NCBI RefSeq assembly: GCF_006345805.1
Contig: NW_021836085.1
Coordinates: 1 to 25,231, forward strand
Length of the DNA: 25,231 nt
Reading direction: 5' to 3'
DNA from: Octopus sinensis
Lineage: Eukaryota
The notes below the pieces were generated by a model. The model worked only from the letters and a program-made list of their open reading frames with translations. It ran no database searches and had not been told where the DNA came from. The translations under genes were made by a program, and so were the position numbers. Numbering within the stretch: position 1 is the first letter of the stretch; each line of letters begins with the position of its first letter. This document shows positions 1 to 10,216 of this stretch, piece by piece.

Positions 1-80
1 TAATAATAATAGCAACAACAATAATAATAATAATAATAATAATAACAATAACAACAACAACAACAATAATAATATAATAA
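1..80. repeat. (TAA)n/(CAA)n microsatellite, 5' flank of an RLE retrotransposon
   Basis: Direct reading of the sequence. Confidence 0.95.
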
Positions 81-1200
81 TCTGAATTAGCAAATCTAGA
101 GAGAAAAACTAGAAAGGAATTCAAGAGGAATGGGGGATTTCACCCCAGAGCAGGAATAGCAAGATTATACTTACCAAGAAAGAACGGTGAAAGATGATTA
201 ATAACAGTGGAATACTGTGTGGAGTTAGCTAGAGTAGATATAGCCTCCTACGCAGGTAACAGTGAAGAGAGTTTATTAAGAGCTGCTAGAGTAACAGTAG
301 GAAATAGTGGAAACCTAAAAGCCAAATGAAGTTTAAAAAACCCGAAAAAAAGAAGAAAGATTATCCGAATGGCAAGAGAAGGCTTTGCATGCTAGATCCC
401 CGAAAATTGTTGCATAAAATAGTAGTAGGGAGACATAGTTATAGTTGAAGAAAGGAAGGCTGACAAGAGAGACAGAAAGTTTGTAAGTAGCAACATAAGA
501 TCAGATATTGAGGACTAATTGGATAAAAGCCTAGGCAAACAAAATCAGGTAGATTCCCAATGTAAGTTATGTAAATCAAAAGCGGAAAGTGTTACTCATA
601 TAGTAAGTGAATGTAGCATGCTGGCTCAGAAAGAATACAATACGTGACAACCTTGGTGAGATTAATCCACCGGGAGTTATGTAGCAAGCTAGGAATTGAC
701 TATACTGATAAGTGGTATGAACATGAACCGAGTAAAGTACTAGAAAGTAAGGAAAACAAGATGTTGTGGGATTTTAACATTCAGACTGACAGAGTAATAG
801 AAGCTAGAAGGCCTGATTAGGTAGTAGCAGACAAAGAGAATAGAAAGTGCCAGATAATTGACTTTACAATCCCAAATGATGAGAAAGTCAAAAATGAGAG
901 GTATAGAGAAAATATCAAAGTACCAGGACCTAGCTATTGAATTACAGAGACTATGGAAAGTGCGGGTAAAATGTATACCAGTAGTTATAGGTGCATTAGG
1001 AACAATCCCTAAAGCTCTGAACAAATGAATAGAGGAAATAGGCATAAAACCTGGTTTAGTACAGCTCCAGAAAGCAGTGTTATTAGGGACAGCTAGGATA
1101 CTTAGGAAGGTTCTCGGCATTTAAGATTACTTGTTGTAGCCTGATATTAGGAATTTTTCTTTTTCCAACAGTCTAATCTGCTCTGCGTACATGAAAATAA
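81..1200 (+). mobile_element. 5'-truncated, decayed R4/Dong-like non-LTR retrotransposon (RT thumb, CCHC knuckle, RLE, 3' UTR)
   Basis: Manual translation: GFHPRAGIARLYLPR (thumb); CKLCKSKAESVTHIVSEC (CX2CX8HX4C, 561-614); MLWDFNIQTDRVIEARRPD* (premature stop 818-820); KYQDLAIEL; IPVVIGALG; terminal TAA 1122-1124. Several frameshifts. Confidence 0.9.
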
Positions 1201-1207
1201 TACTCCT

Positions 1208-1364
1208 TTCTACTAAAAGCGCAAGGCCTGAAATTTTGCGGGTGGGGACTTGTCGATTACATCGACCCCGAACAGATAAAAGGCAAAGTCGATCATGGCA
1301 GGATTTGAACTCAGAACATGAAGACGGGCGAAATGCCGCAAAGCATTTTGCAAAGCAGTTCGCC
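1208..1364 (-). mobile_element. tRNA-derived SINE family 1, internally deleted copy
   Basis: Shares gattacatcgacccc / aaaggcaaagtcga / atttgaactcagaac with the fuller copy at 17366-17598. Confidence 0.8.
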
Positions 1365-1599
1365 ACTTTCTTCTTCTTCTTCTTTTCTTCTCTTCTTCTT
1401 CTTCTTCTCTTCTTTTCTTCTTCTGTCTTTTCTTCTTCTTCTTCTTCTTCTTCTTCTTCTTCTTCTCTCTTTCTTCTGCTTCTTCTTCTTCTTCTACTTC
1501 TTCTTCATATTATCATTATTATATATTATTATTATTATTATTATAATAATAATATAATAATAATAATAATAATAAAACAACAACAACAACAACAACAAC

Positions 1600-1637
<38 letters not shown>

Positions 1638-1645
1638 CAACAACA
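1365..1645. repeat. Compound (TTC)n-(TAT)n-(TAA)n-(CAA)n microsatellite
   Basis: Direct reading. Confidence 0.95.
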
Positions 1646-1646
1646 A

Positions 1647-1850
1647 TTTCAACTTTTGGCACAGAGCCAGCAGTTTGGGGAGAAGGAGAAGGCGATTACA
1701 TTGACCCCAGTAGTTGACTGGTACATATTTTATCAATGCTAGAAAGATGAAAGGCAAAGTCAACCCCGGTGGAATTTGAACTCAGAGCGTTAAGGTAGAC
1801 GAAACGCCGCAAAGCATTTTGCTCGACGAAGCAGCAAATGTGAAGATTGC
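1647..1850 (-). mobile_element. SINE family 1 (tail type B), diverged
   Basis: gattacattgaccccagt...ggtac...aaaggcaaagtcaaccccgg...atttgaactcaga; B-box-like GAGTTCAAAT on the minus strand. Confidence 0.85.
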
Positions 1851-1865
1851 TTAAACGCGAAAACA

Positions 1866-1904
1866 AACACTTACACACACGCACACACACACACGCTCAC
1901 ATAA

Positions 1905-1970
<66 letters not shown>

Positions 1971-1995
1971 AAGTAGTAGTAGTAGTAGTAGTAGT
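1866..1995. repeat. (CA)n then (GTA)n microsatellites
   Basis: Direct reading. Confidence 0.95.
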
Positions 1996-2099
1996 TTAGG
2001 GTTAAATGCCAAAATGGCAGACAAGAGAGACTTCGGGTCAGACAAGTAATTTTACCAAATTAAAGTTGGAAGATCGATGGAATATCTGGGGTGGGGGAA

Positions 2100-2905
2100 G
2101 GTGGTGGTGATTGCTGTTGTTGTTGTTGTTGTTGTGTTGGTGGTCGTCGTCGTCGTCGTAGCAAAGTCAGTGGTTTTGACGGTATAATTGTCGCTCTTGT
2201 TATGGACGTGATGTTTGTGAATGACACCGTTGGCGGCGGCGGCGGCGGTTTGCGGTGGTGGTGGTGGTAGTGGTAGTGGTGGTGGTGGTGGTGTCGGTGG
2301 TGGTGGTGTCAGTGGTGGTGGTGGTGGTAGCTATAATTTGTATGGCTGACACAGTTGGCGGCGGCGGCGGCGGCGGCGGCAGCGGTGGTAGTGGTGGTGA
2401 TGGTGGTGGTGGTGGTCGTCGTCGTGGTCGTCGTCGTGGTGTCAATAGTGGTAGTGGTGCCGGTGGTGGTGGTGTCGGTGGTGGTGGTGGTGTCGGTGGT
2501 GGTGGTGGTGGTGGTGTTGATGTCGGTGGTGTCGGCGGTGGTGGTGGTGGTGGTTGTGGTGGTGGTGGTGTCAGCGGTGGTGTCCATGGTGGTGTCGGTG
2601 GTGGTGGTGGTGTCGGTGGTAGTGGTGATGGTGGTGTCGGTGGTGGTGGTGGTGGTGGTGGTGGTGGTGGTAGCTATCATTTGTATGGCTGACATTCTTA
2701 CTGTAGCCCTAGATGTTGCTCCTGTTCATATTCTTGGTGTTGTTACTATTGTCGCTTTGTTTTTGGCTACTGTTCTTGTTGTTATTGTTGTCACCGTCGT
2801 CGTCGTCGTCATCATCATAGACATCATCGTTGTCGTCACCGTTAGCATCATCATCGTCGTCGTTGTCTTCATCTCTTCATCATCATCATCCTTATCATCA
2901 TCCTT

Positions 2906-2956
<51 letters not shown>

Positions 2957-3077
2957 GTCATCATCATCGTCATCATCATCATCATCATCGTCATCATCAT
3001 CGTCATTATCATCATCATCATCCTCATCATCATCCTCATCATCATCGTCATCATCATCATCATCGTCATCATCATTG

Positions 3078-3110
<33 letters not shown>

Positions 3111-3310
3111 CCATCATCATCATTAACAGCAGCGGTGACAGCAATATCTATCTCATATAATAGTAGTGTTTGATATCAGCGTGCACTGATGATGATGATG
3201 ATGACGACGACGACGACGATGATGATGATGATGATGATAATGGTGATGATGATTATGATGATGATGATGATGATGATTATGATGATGATGATGATGACGA
3301 CAACGATGAA
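2100..3310. repeat. Compound triplet region: (GTT)/(GTC), (GGC)/(GGT), (CAT)n, (GAT)n
   Basis: Direct reading; source of the poly-V/T/G/H/D/S ORFs in the track. Confidence 0.95.
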
Positions 3311-3349
3311 TGGAAACAGCTGCAACTAACATTTTATGGTGGCCAACGC

Positions 3350-3434
3350 AGTTATATATGTGTGTACGATTGTGTGCATGTATGTATATGTACATATATG
3401 CGTGTGTGTGTGTGTGTATATATATACATATATG

Positions 3435-3478
<44 letters not shown>

Positions 3479-3575
3479 CATATATATATGTATATATATA
3501 TGTATATCTTTATATACATATATATATATGTATGTATATGTATATACATATATATATATATATGTATATAAAGAT
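3350..3575. repeat. (TA)/(TG) compound microsatellite
   Basis: Direct reading. Confidence 0.9.
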
Positions 3576-3576
3576 A

Positions 3577-3733
3577 TATTTCTTTATTGCCTACAAGGGG
3601 CTAAACACAGAGGGGACAGACAAAGGAATTAAGTCGATTATATTGACCCCAGTGCGTAACTGGTACTTAATTTATCGACCCCGAAAGGATGAAAGGCAAA
3701 GTAGACCTCGGAGGAATGTGAACTCACAACGTA
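3577..3733 (-). mobile_element. SINE family 1 (tail type A), 5'-truncated
   Basis: atttctttattgcctacaaggggctaaacacagagggga...gtgcgtaactggtactt...atcgaccccgaaaggatgaaaggcaaag; matches 17366-17530. Confidence 0.9.
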
Positions 3734-3867
3734 ACACATACATACATAATACATACATACATACATGCATACACACATACATTCATACATACATACATAC
3801 ATACATACATACATACATACATACATACATACATACATACATACATACATACATACATACATACATG
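3734..3867. repeat. (TACA)n microsatellite
   Basis: Direct reading. Confidence 0.95.
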
Positions 3868-4133
3868 TATTTATTGCTGTACACATTCGCTAGCTTTCTT
3901 ACAAAGAGGTCTAATGCTTAGACTTTTGGTGGGGCATCGAGATCGAGCCATCTCAAGTGTAACTGCCCGAAATGGTCGTGACTTCTGGAAGGAACTTGAC
4001 AGAGGAAAGAAAGCCACGAATGAGCCGCCTTTTTTTTTTTTTTTGCCTGTCCTTCTAATTGTCGTTTCTCTTGTCCGCCTTTGTATCGTCTATCTGTCCA
4101 AATGTTTTAATGTTCTCTATTGCGTTTTTTGCT

Positions 4134-4135
<2 letters not shown>

Positions 4136-4229
<94 letters not shown>

Positions 4230-4245
4230 ACATATATATATATAA
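4136..4245. repeat. (TA)n-(TG)n microsatellite
   Basis: Direct reading. Confidence 0.95.
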
Positions 4246-4512
4246 GCATAGTAGGTATATTAAATACCATACAAGAAAAATTCTCGATTTATTGACTTCT
4301 TCGAGTTGGGGAGAAGAATAAAGAAATGTATTACTGGAATTGCGACCAGTTCGGGAATGAGAAAGGAAGATTATTTCAAGAAACAAGAATTTTCAGGCAT
4401 GCAGTTTAGAAAAACTCTAATTGTCAGGAGACAGGACAAAAGTTGTGGGTACGTATTTCTGCCTCAAGAAATGTCATCAGAATAGCTTAAGACTTAAGCA
4501 TATTCAAAAAGA

Positions 4513-5436
4513 CTAGCTTAATGTGACCCGCTCTACGCGCGGGTGAGGGTGTGGTTATTACTTTCTCTTGCTTCCTTTCTGTTTCTTATCACCACATTCT
4601 CCCTCTTTGTTTCTGTGTCCTTTCTCTCTCACTTTCCCACTCTCATACACTTCCTTTCTCTCGGACTTTCCCTCGCTTTCTCTTACTCTCTATCTTTCTC
4701 TATCGATCACTCTCCCATTTATGAAAAAACAAAAGATCTTGAGTAAGTTGAGAAAAAAATATTTTGAAAGATCAATCATAAATATCAGGCAGTGACAACG
4801 GAAAGCACACTTGCCTTTTGTACGTGCCACAATTTGAGCCATTAAAAATAAGGAGAAAAAGGATTTCTTTGTTAAATTTAGAACTTATTTTGGGAATTTT
4901 TCGACGATTGACCATCCAAATGAAAGCTCTAAACACGGGCTACATGCAGCTGTAAATTTCTTTCAGAAAAATGAAACTGTAAACAATAAAAAATTAAAAG
5001 GCAAAAATGCGTAAAAAGGAGAAATTTTTTCAACTTCAAAAATCTTGCCTTAATTTTCAAAATTTGGAACCCATTTTCCGCGCTTAAATTACAAATCCGC
5101 TTCCACTTTACCGTGCTGAAAATTAGATTGAAATCGAGCAAAAGGTGTCCAATCTTAAAATAACTTCGCGGTTCGCCAATCGAGATCGATAAAATAACTT
5201 AGCGGTTTGCCAAAGGAGATCGATAAAATAACTTAGCGGTTCGCCAAAGGAAATCGATAGAATAACTTAGCGGTACGCCAAATGCAATCGATAGAATAAC
5301 TAAACGGTTCGACAAACCTGATCGACAGAATAACTTAGCGGTTCGCCAAAGGAGATCGAGTGCCCCTTAACCCATTCCAATCCCAAAATGAGACATACAA
5401 ACTTTCCGCATTTCAGCTTTATAAATATTGATTAGA
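4513..5436 (-). mobile_element. Non-autonomous Helitron-like element (~924 bp)
   Basis: Minus strand begins A|TCTAATCAATATTTATAAAGCTGAAA (5436 downward) and ends with a GC-rich hairpin (plus strand acccgctc-tac-gcgcgggt, 4526-4544; 8-bp stem, 1 mismatch) 9 nt before CTAG|T (4513-4516). AT target, no TSD: the canonical Helitron terminal layout. No Rep/helicase coding seen. Confidence 0.75.
5159..5359 (+). repeat. Minisatellite, 6 x 34 bp, consensus TAACTTAGCGGTTCGCCAAAGGAGATCGATA(A/G)AA
   Basis: Unit starts at 5161, 5195, 5229, 5263, 5297, 5331 (exact period 34). Confidence 0.95.
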
Positions 5437-5799
5437 TGCCAATCGCGCCAATCTGCAGGGGTTTAAACCCACCTTTAATCGATAAAAAGACCACTCTTTT
5501 CACCATAGCAACCGCATCTTTCCAGATGGCGAGTTTTAACCTACTCAACTCTCTGCCTCATCACGCCTTCTATACCTGTGTCAATTTTCAGCTCCATCCG
5601 ACCACTGGTCTGGCCGCCAACCTCTGACGTAGCAACATGTGATCACAATTTTGACCCAAAGCCTCTTTTATACATATAGAAAATCAGTAAAAAAATACTT
5701 GTGTTGTGTAATTTGCATAATTTGAAGGTGAAACAAACATCAGAAATGCTTTGCCTAACACACAAAACTGCAGGACCCACGCAGAGGTTTTGCAAGCTC

Positions 5800-6260
5800 T
5801 AATAAATCCATTGAGGTGCTGAAAACCCTTCTGTATCGTCATTAGATATCTCAGGGTCACAGGCGTTTCGCCCCTTGGCTTGTACGCTTCGTTTGAGAGG
5901 GCCAGCGTGGAATGAATTAGTCTTCACCAACAGTGAGGTTCCACTTGCGGTCTCTCATCAACCATAGCCATCTTGAGGCAGTTTCAGCTGCTGCGCCAGT
6001 TTCCTTGATGGGTTTCTTCAATTTTCTATGTTCCAGACCTCTCATCTATACGAAAAAAGCGCACCCGATCCAGATGGAAGGTCACGGCAACCGACTTCAA
6101 TAGGGAATGATCCGCATGCCATCACTTGACGAGGGCCTTGCCGACTAAATCCTGATATTAAGATTTCTTTATTTGGTGAGAAATATGGAGTCTGTCCTCC
6201 CAGGGAGCTGTCAGTTCGACTACGGTGATGGGTCCTTTTCTTTAGTCTACATTAATGTGT
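5800..6260 (-). mobile_element. 3' fragment of a HERO-like RLE non-LTR retrotransposon, decayed
   Basis: Minus translation VVELTAPWEDRLHISHQIKKS*YQDL..., FPIEVGCR, AETASRWLWLMRDRKW...GED* (stop 5917-5919). The ELTxPWE / PIEVGCRG / ASRWLW motifs are what I recall for HERO-clade RLE C-termini. Confidence 0.75.
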
Positions 6261-6445
6261 TAAGAAGCATAACTCCGAGTGGCCCCTGACAGCAAAAATG
6301 AATAAAAATGTATCAAACATCATTTTCCTTATAAGAAAACTTTTCTTGACTTCTTGCTGAAATCCCTACAATTAATATTAGCAAAATTAATAAAGCCCCA
6401 ATTAAACATGAAAAATCATAAGGCAAAAATGCTTTACCGAGATCG

Positions 6446-6606
6446 GTTTCAAATTTTAGCACAAGGCCAGGAAGTTCAGGGAAGGGGGTAAATCGTTCAC
6501 ATCGACCCCGGTGCTCAACTGGTCCTTATTTTATCGAACTCGAAAGGATGAAAGGCAAAGTAGACCTAGGCACAATTTGAACCCAGAACCAGAACAGACG
6601 AAATAC
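6446..6606 (-). mobile_element. SINE family 1 (tail B), third unit of tandem trimer, 5'-truncated
   Basis: Body similarity to other copies; ends at gacgaaatac (6606). Confidence 0.85.
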
Positions 6607-6791
6607 CTATTTCTCTACTACCCACAAGGGAATAAACACAGAGAGGACAAACAAGGACAGACAAACGGATTGAGTCGATTATATCGACCCCAAGTGCGTA
6701 ACTGGTACTTATTTTATCGACCCCGATAGGATGAAAGGCAAAGTCGACCTCGGCGCAATTTGAACTCAGAACGTAGCGGCAGACGAAATAC
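6607..6791 (-). mobile_element. SINE family 1 (tail A), 185-bp 5'-truncated middle unit
   Basis: Near-identical to 6792-6976; same ctatttctc start and gacgaaatac end. Confidence 0.9.
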
Positions 6792-7024
6792 CTATTTCTC
6801 TACCACCCACAAGGGACTAAACACAGAGAGGACACACAAGGACAGACAAACGGATTGAGTCGATTATATCGATCCCAAGTGCGTAACTGGTACTTATTTA
6901 ATCGACCCCGATAGGATGAAAGACAAAGTCGACCTCGGCGGCATTTGAACTCAGAACGTAACGGCAGACGAAATACTGCTAAGCATTTCGCCTGACATGC
7001 TAACGATTCTGCCAGCTCACTGCC
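6792..7024 (-). mobile_element. SINE family 1 (tail A), full length
   Basis: Minus-strand head ggcagtgagctggcagaatcgttagc (A-box-like), then gagttcaaat (B-box-like). Confidence 0.9.
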
Positions 7025-7048
7025 CAATGGTTTACTAAAATCAATGGT

Positions 7049-7200
7049 TGGTTCTGAGTTCAAATGCAACTAGGGTCGACTTTGCCTTCAATCCTTTCGG
7101 AGTCGATAAAATAAGTACCAGTGGAACACTGGGGTCGATGTAAGCCATTTACCCCCACTCACCCGAAATTATTGGCTTTGTGCAAAAACTCGAAACCAAT
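7049..7200 (+). mobile_element. SINE family 1 (tail B), 5'-truncated, opposite orientation
   Basis: ttctgagttcaaat...gtcgactttgcc...gtcgataaaataagtaccagt...ctggggtcgatgtaa. Confidence 0.85.
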
Positions 7201-7329
7201 GTCAAGGATTGGTTTCATAATAAATGTTCTTTCGGCGATGCTTCCTAGTTTTTGTATCACGTGATATGCATAAGAATATCTTTTTGTTTTCCAGACATGT
7301 AGCGGGGGTGGCGGGCGGTCTGTGTTTGA

Positions 7330-7454
7330 CTCATTGCAATTGAGATTTCAGCAGACAAACAGACAGACAGACGGACGCACACACACTCTCACGCGCGGAC
7401 GAACGGACGGACTGGCAGAAGGATAGATAGATACTTAATACATACATACATACA

Positions 7455-7488
<34 letters not shown>

Positions 7489-7682
7489 CACATACATACA
7501 TATATACATACATGCATACATACATACACGCATGCATAAATACATACGCATATACATTTATATACGTATGAAAGTGTGCACAAATATATGTAAATATAGA
7601 CATACATATATACATGCATACATATATATATATGTGTCTGTGTGTGTATGTACATATATATATATGTATGGATACATATATG

Positions 7683-7726
<44 letters not shown>

Positions 7727-7766
7727 TACGCACATACATACATACATACATACATACATACATACA

Positions 7767-7797
<31 letters not shown>

Positions 7798-7865
7798 GTA
7801 CATATGTACATATGTACATACATACATCTTTGCACATATATATGTATGTATGCATGTATATATGC
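7330..7865. repeat. (GACA)/(TACA)/(TA) compound microsatellites
   Basis: Direct reading. Confidence 0.9.
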
Positions 7866-8269
7866 CCAGTGGTACATGAACGTATTCCTATGCACATGTA
7901 ACAGGCCTCTCACCATACCACCTTACAAGACCATCTGACAGCCATGATGAGCAAAATCTCTTCCCCTTCCCAAGCTCCTTTGCAACAAGTGGAAAACGCT
8001 ATTTGCTTCGTCCATGTTTTTTTGGGTTTTTTTTTCTTTCTCGAAATTTCTTTCCTCTCTGGTTCGTTTTCCATGTTGTTTTGTTAGAGATTTATTTGTA
8101 TTCCATCTCTGAATTTCGAACCATTCACCTCATTCATCTTTTACCTGATTTTCTTGGGAATTCTAATTAAGGAATCTTGACAAACCAATTTAGATATGTT
8201 TCCCGAACGTTCCTGCTATTTGTTCAAGCGAGAAACTGCTGTAATTGTGGATTCTGTTGTTTTATTCTG

Positions 8270-8423
8270 AGGCAGACTGACAGACAGACAGACAGGCTGA
8301 TAGTTAAGTTGGAAGGTAAATATACGTGTGGGTATACACTCACAAATATATGTACGTGTGAGCGTGTGCGTGTATATATATCCATATCCATATATGTATA
8401 TATGTGCATATATATACATATAC

Positions 8424-8467
<44 letters not shown>

Positions 8468-8675
8468 TATATATACATATATACATATATGTATATATAT
8501 ATATTAAATATATATGTATATATATGTCTATATATATACATATATGTATATATATACATATATGTATCTTATATATATATATAATATATGGTAATATATA
8601 TATACATAATGTATATATATATATATCATATATGTATATATATATAATGTATATATATATACATATATGTATATA

Positions 8676-8708
<33 letters not shown>

Positions 8709-8750
8709 GTATATATATATATTATATATATATATATATAATATATATAT

Positions 8751-8790
<40 letters not shown>

Positions 8791-8840
8791 TATCTATAAT
8801 ATAATATATATATATATATATATAGATAGAGATATTAGAT

Positions 8841-8875
<35 letters not shown>
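8270..8875. repeat. (GACA)n and long degenerate (TA)n
   Basis: Direct reading. Confidence 0.9.
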
Positions 8876-8877
<2 letters not shown>

Positions 8878-9267
8878 CACGGATACAACAGGTTAGGTTC
8901 TACATAATACGTCGTACATTGATATGAACGCACGAAATTTTGTGTTTGTAAACATTTTTATATTCGCGTGTGTACACATGCATACATAGATGTGTGCATG
9001 TGTGCATGTCTGTGTTCTTCAAACGGTGGTTGCCGTTGATGTTGATGATGTTTTTACATCTATCCTTCATTGAGAATATCTATTATGAAAAGCGTTCCAA
9101 ACATGACCCTTCTGCCTTTGTTTTGTTTTGTTTTTTAAATTTTTTTTCGGGTAGAACATATATTGGACTCCTTGATTCGTAGCTTTCCAATCAAGAGGCA
9201 TTTGACTGCTATTTCTAGCAAGACGAAAGAATATGTTGAGCAGGGTCACATATATATTATGTTTATG

Positions 9268-9465
9268 TTTCACTTCACTCATTAAACTGTGACCATGCTG
9301 GAGCACCGCATGGCCACAGTACTGAATCGACTCCAGTACTTTTTTATTTATTTAGTAAGGTATTTATTCTACTGGTCTCTTTTGCCTAACCGCTAAGTTA
9401 CAGGGACATACACACCGGCACCGGTTATTGAGTGATGTTGTGGGGGACAAACACAGACAGAAAGA
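9268..9465 (-). mobile_element. Fragment of a third interspersed repeat, probably the 3' half of a SINE (family 3)
   Basis: Minus strand gtaacttagcggttaggcaaaagagaccagtagaataa...gcggtgctccagcatggtcacag resembles an octopus SINE body I recall; only one copy here, so not internally confirmed. Confidence 0.55.
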
Positions 9466-9504
9466 CTTACACACACACACACACAATTCTGCTAGCACGC
9501 TGCC

Positions 9505-9505
<1 letters not shown>

Positions 9506-9577
<72 letters not shown>
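9506..9577. repeat. (TAA)n
   Basis: Direct reading. Confidence 0.95.
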
Positions 9578-10160
9578 GCTGTGACTGAGGGAGAAAGCTG
9601 TGACTGAGGGAGAAAGTGTGTCGATTCTATGGGACTTCCCCGTGCAGACCGACAGGACTATAAAAGCTAATAAACCGGATATTATTATAAAAGATCAGAC
9701 AAAAAGGACGTGTTTATTAATTGACATGAGTATTCCTTGCGATCACAATATATCGGCGAAAGAATTTGACAAAATTAGTAAATATAAAGACCTGCAAATA
9801 GAAATTGAAAAAATGTGGCATCTCAAGGCGACTACAGTACCAGTGATTGTAGGATCTCTAGGAATGATAAAAAAAAAAGGTACTGAAACCTATTTGAAAA
9901 TGATTCCGGGCTTACCATCCCTAAAGGAAGTGCAAAAAATAGTGTTAACTGGAACGGCTCATGTACTGAGAAGAGCACTGTCGCTGTGAAAATAACATCC
10001 ATCCATGAATTTATTTATTTATTAATTTTTAAATACATATTTTATCTGTGAATTTGCGCGTGTAATTGGGAATGCATTCAATGCCCTTCTCTGCCTTAGT
10101 GTATGGAAAAACTCGGCGAGAAACGGAAGAAAGAAAATTGAAAGAAAGAAGGAAAAAGCA
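9578..10160 (+). mobile_element. R4/Dong-like element 'A': stop-free RLE domain plus 3' UTR, 5'-truncated
   Basis: ORF 9600-9989: WDFPVQTDRTIKANKPDIII...LLIDMSIP...KISKYKDL...VPVIVGSLG...GTAHVLRRAL* (PD-D-K catalytic motif); (TAA)n on both sides. Confidence 0.92.
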
Positions 10161-10182
10161 TAATAATAATAATAATAATAAT

Positions 10183-10216
<34 letters not shown>

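Noticed and set aside
1995-2003. TTAGGG telomeric repeat
   Set aside because: Single unit only.
2010-2051. CAAAATGGC start context, MADKRDFGSD, then gtaatt as a possible first exon
   Set aside because: Short, weak donor, embedded between microsatellites, with no corroboration.
4450-4480. CTGATGA...GAAA on the minus strand, followed by the TACGTA palindrome
   Set aside because: The intervening 14 nt form no stem II, so it is not supportable as a hammerhead.
5159-5359. CRISPR-like array (34-bp repeats)
   Set aside because: Units are directly adjacent with no unique spacers, there are no cas genes, and the context is eukaryotic.
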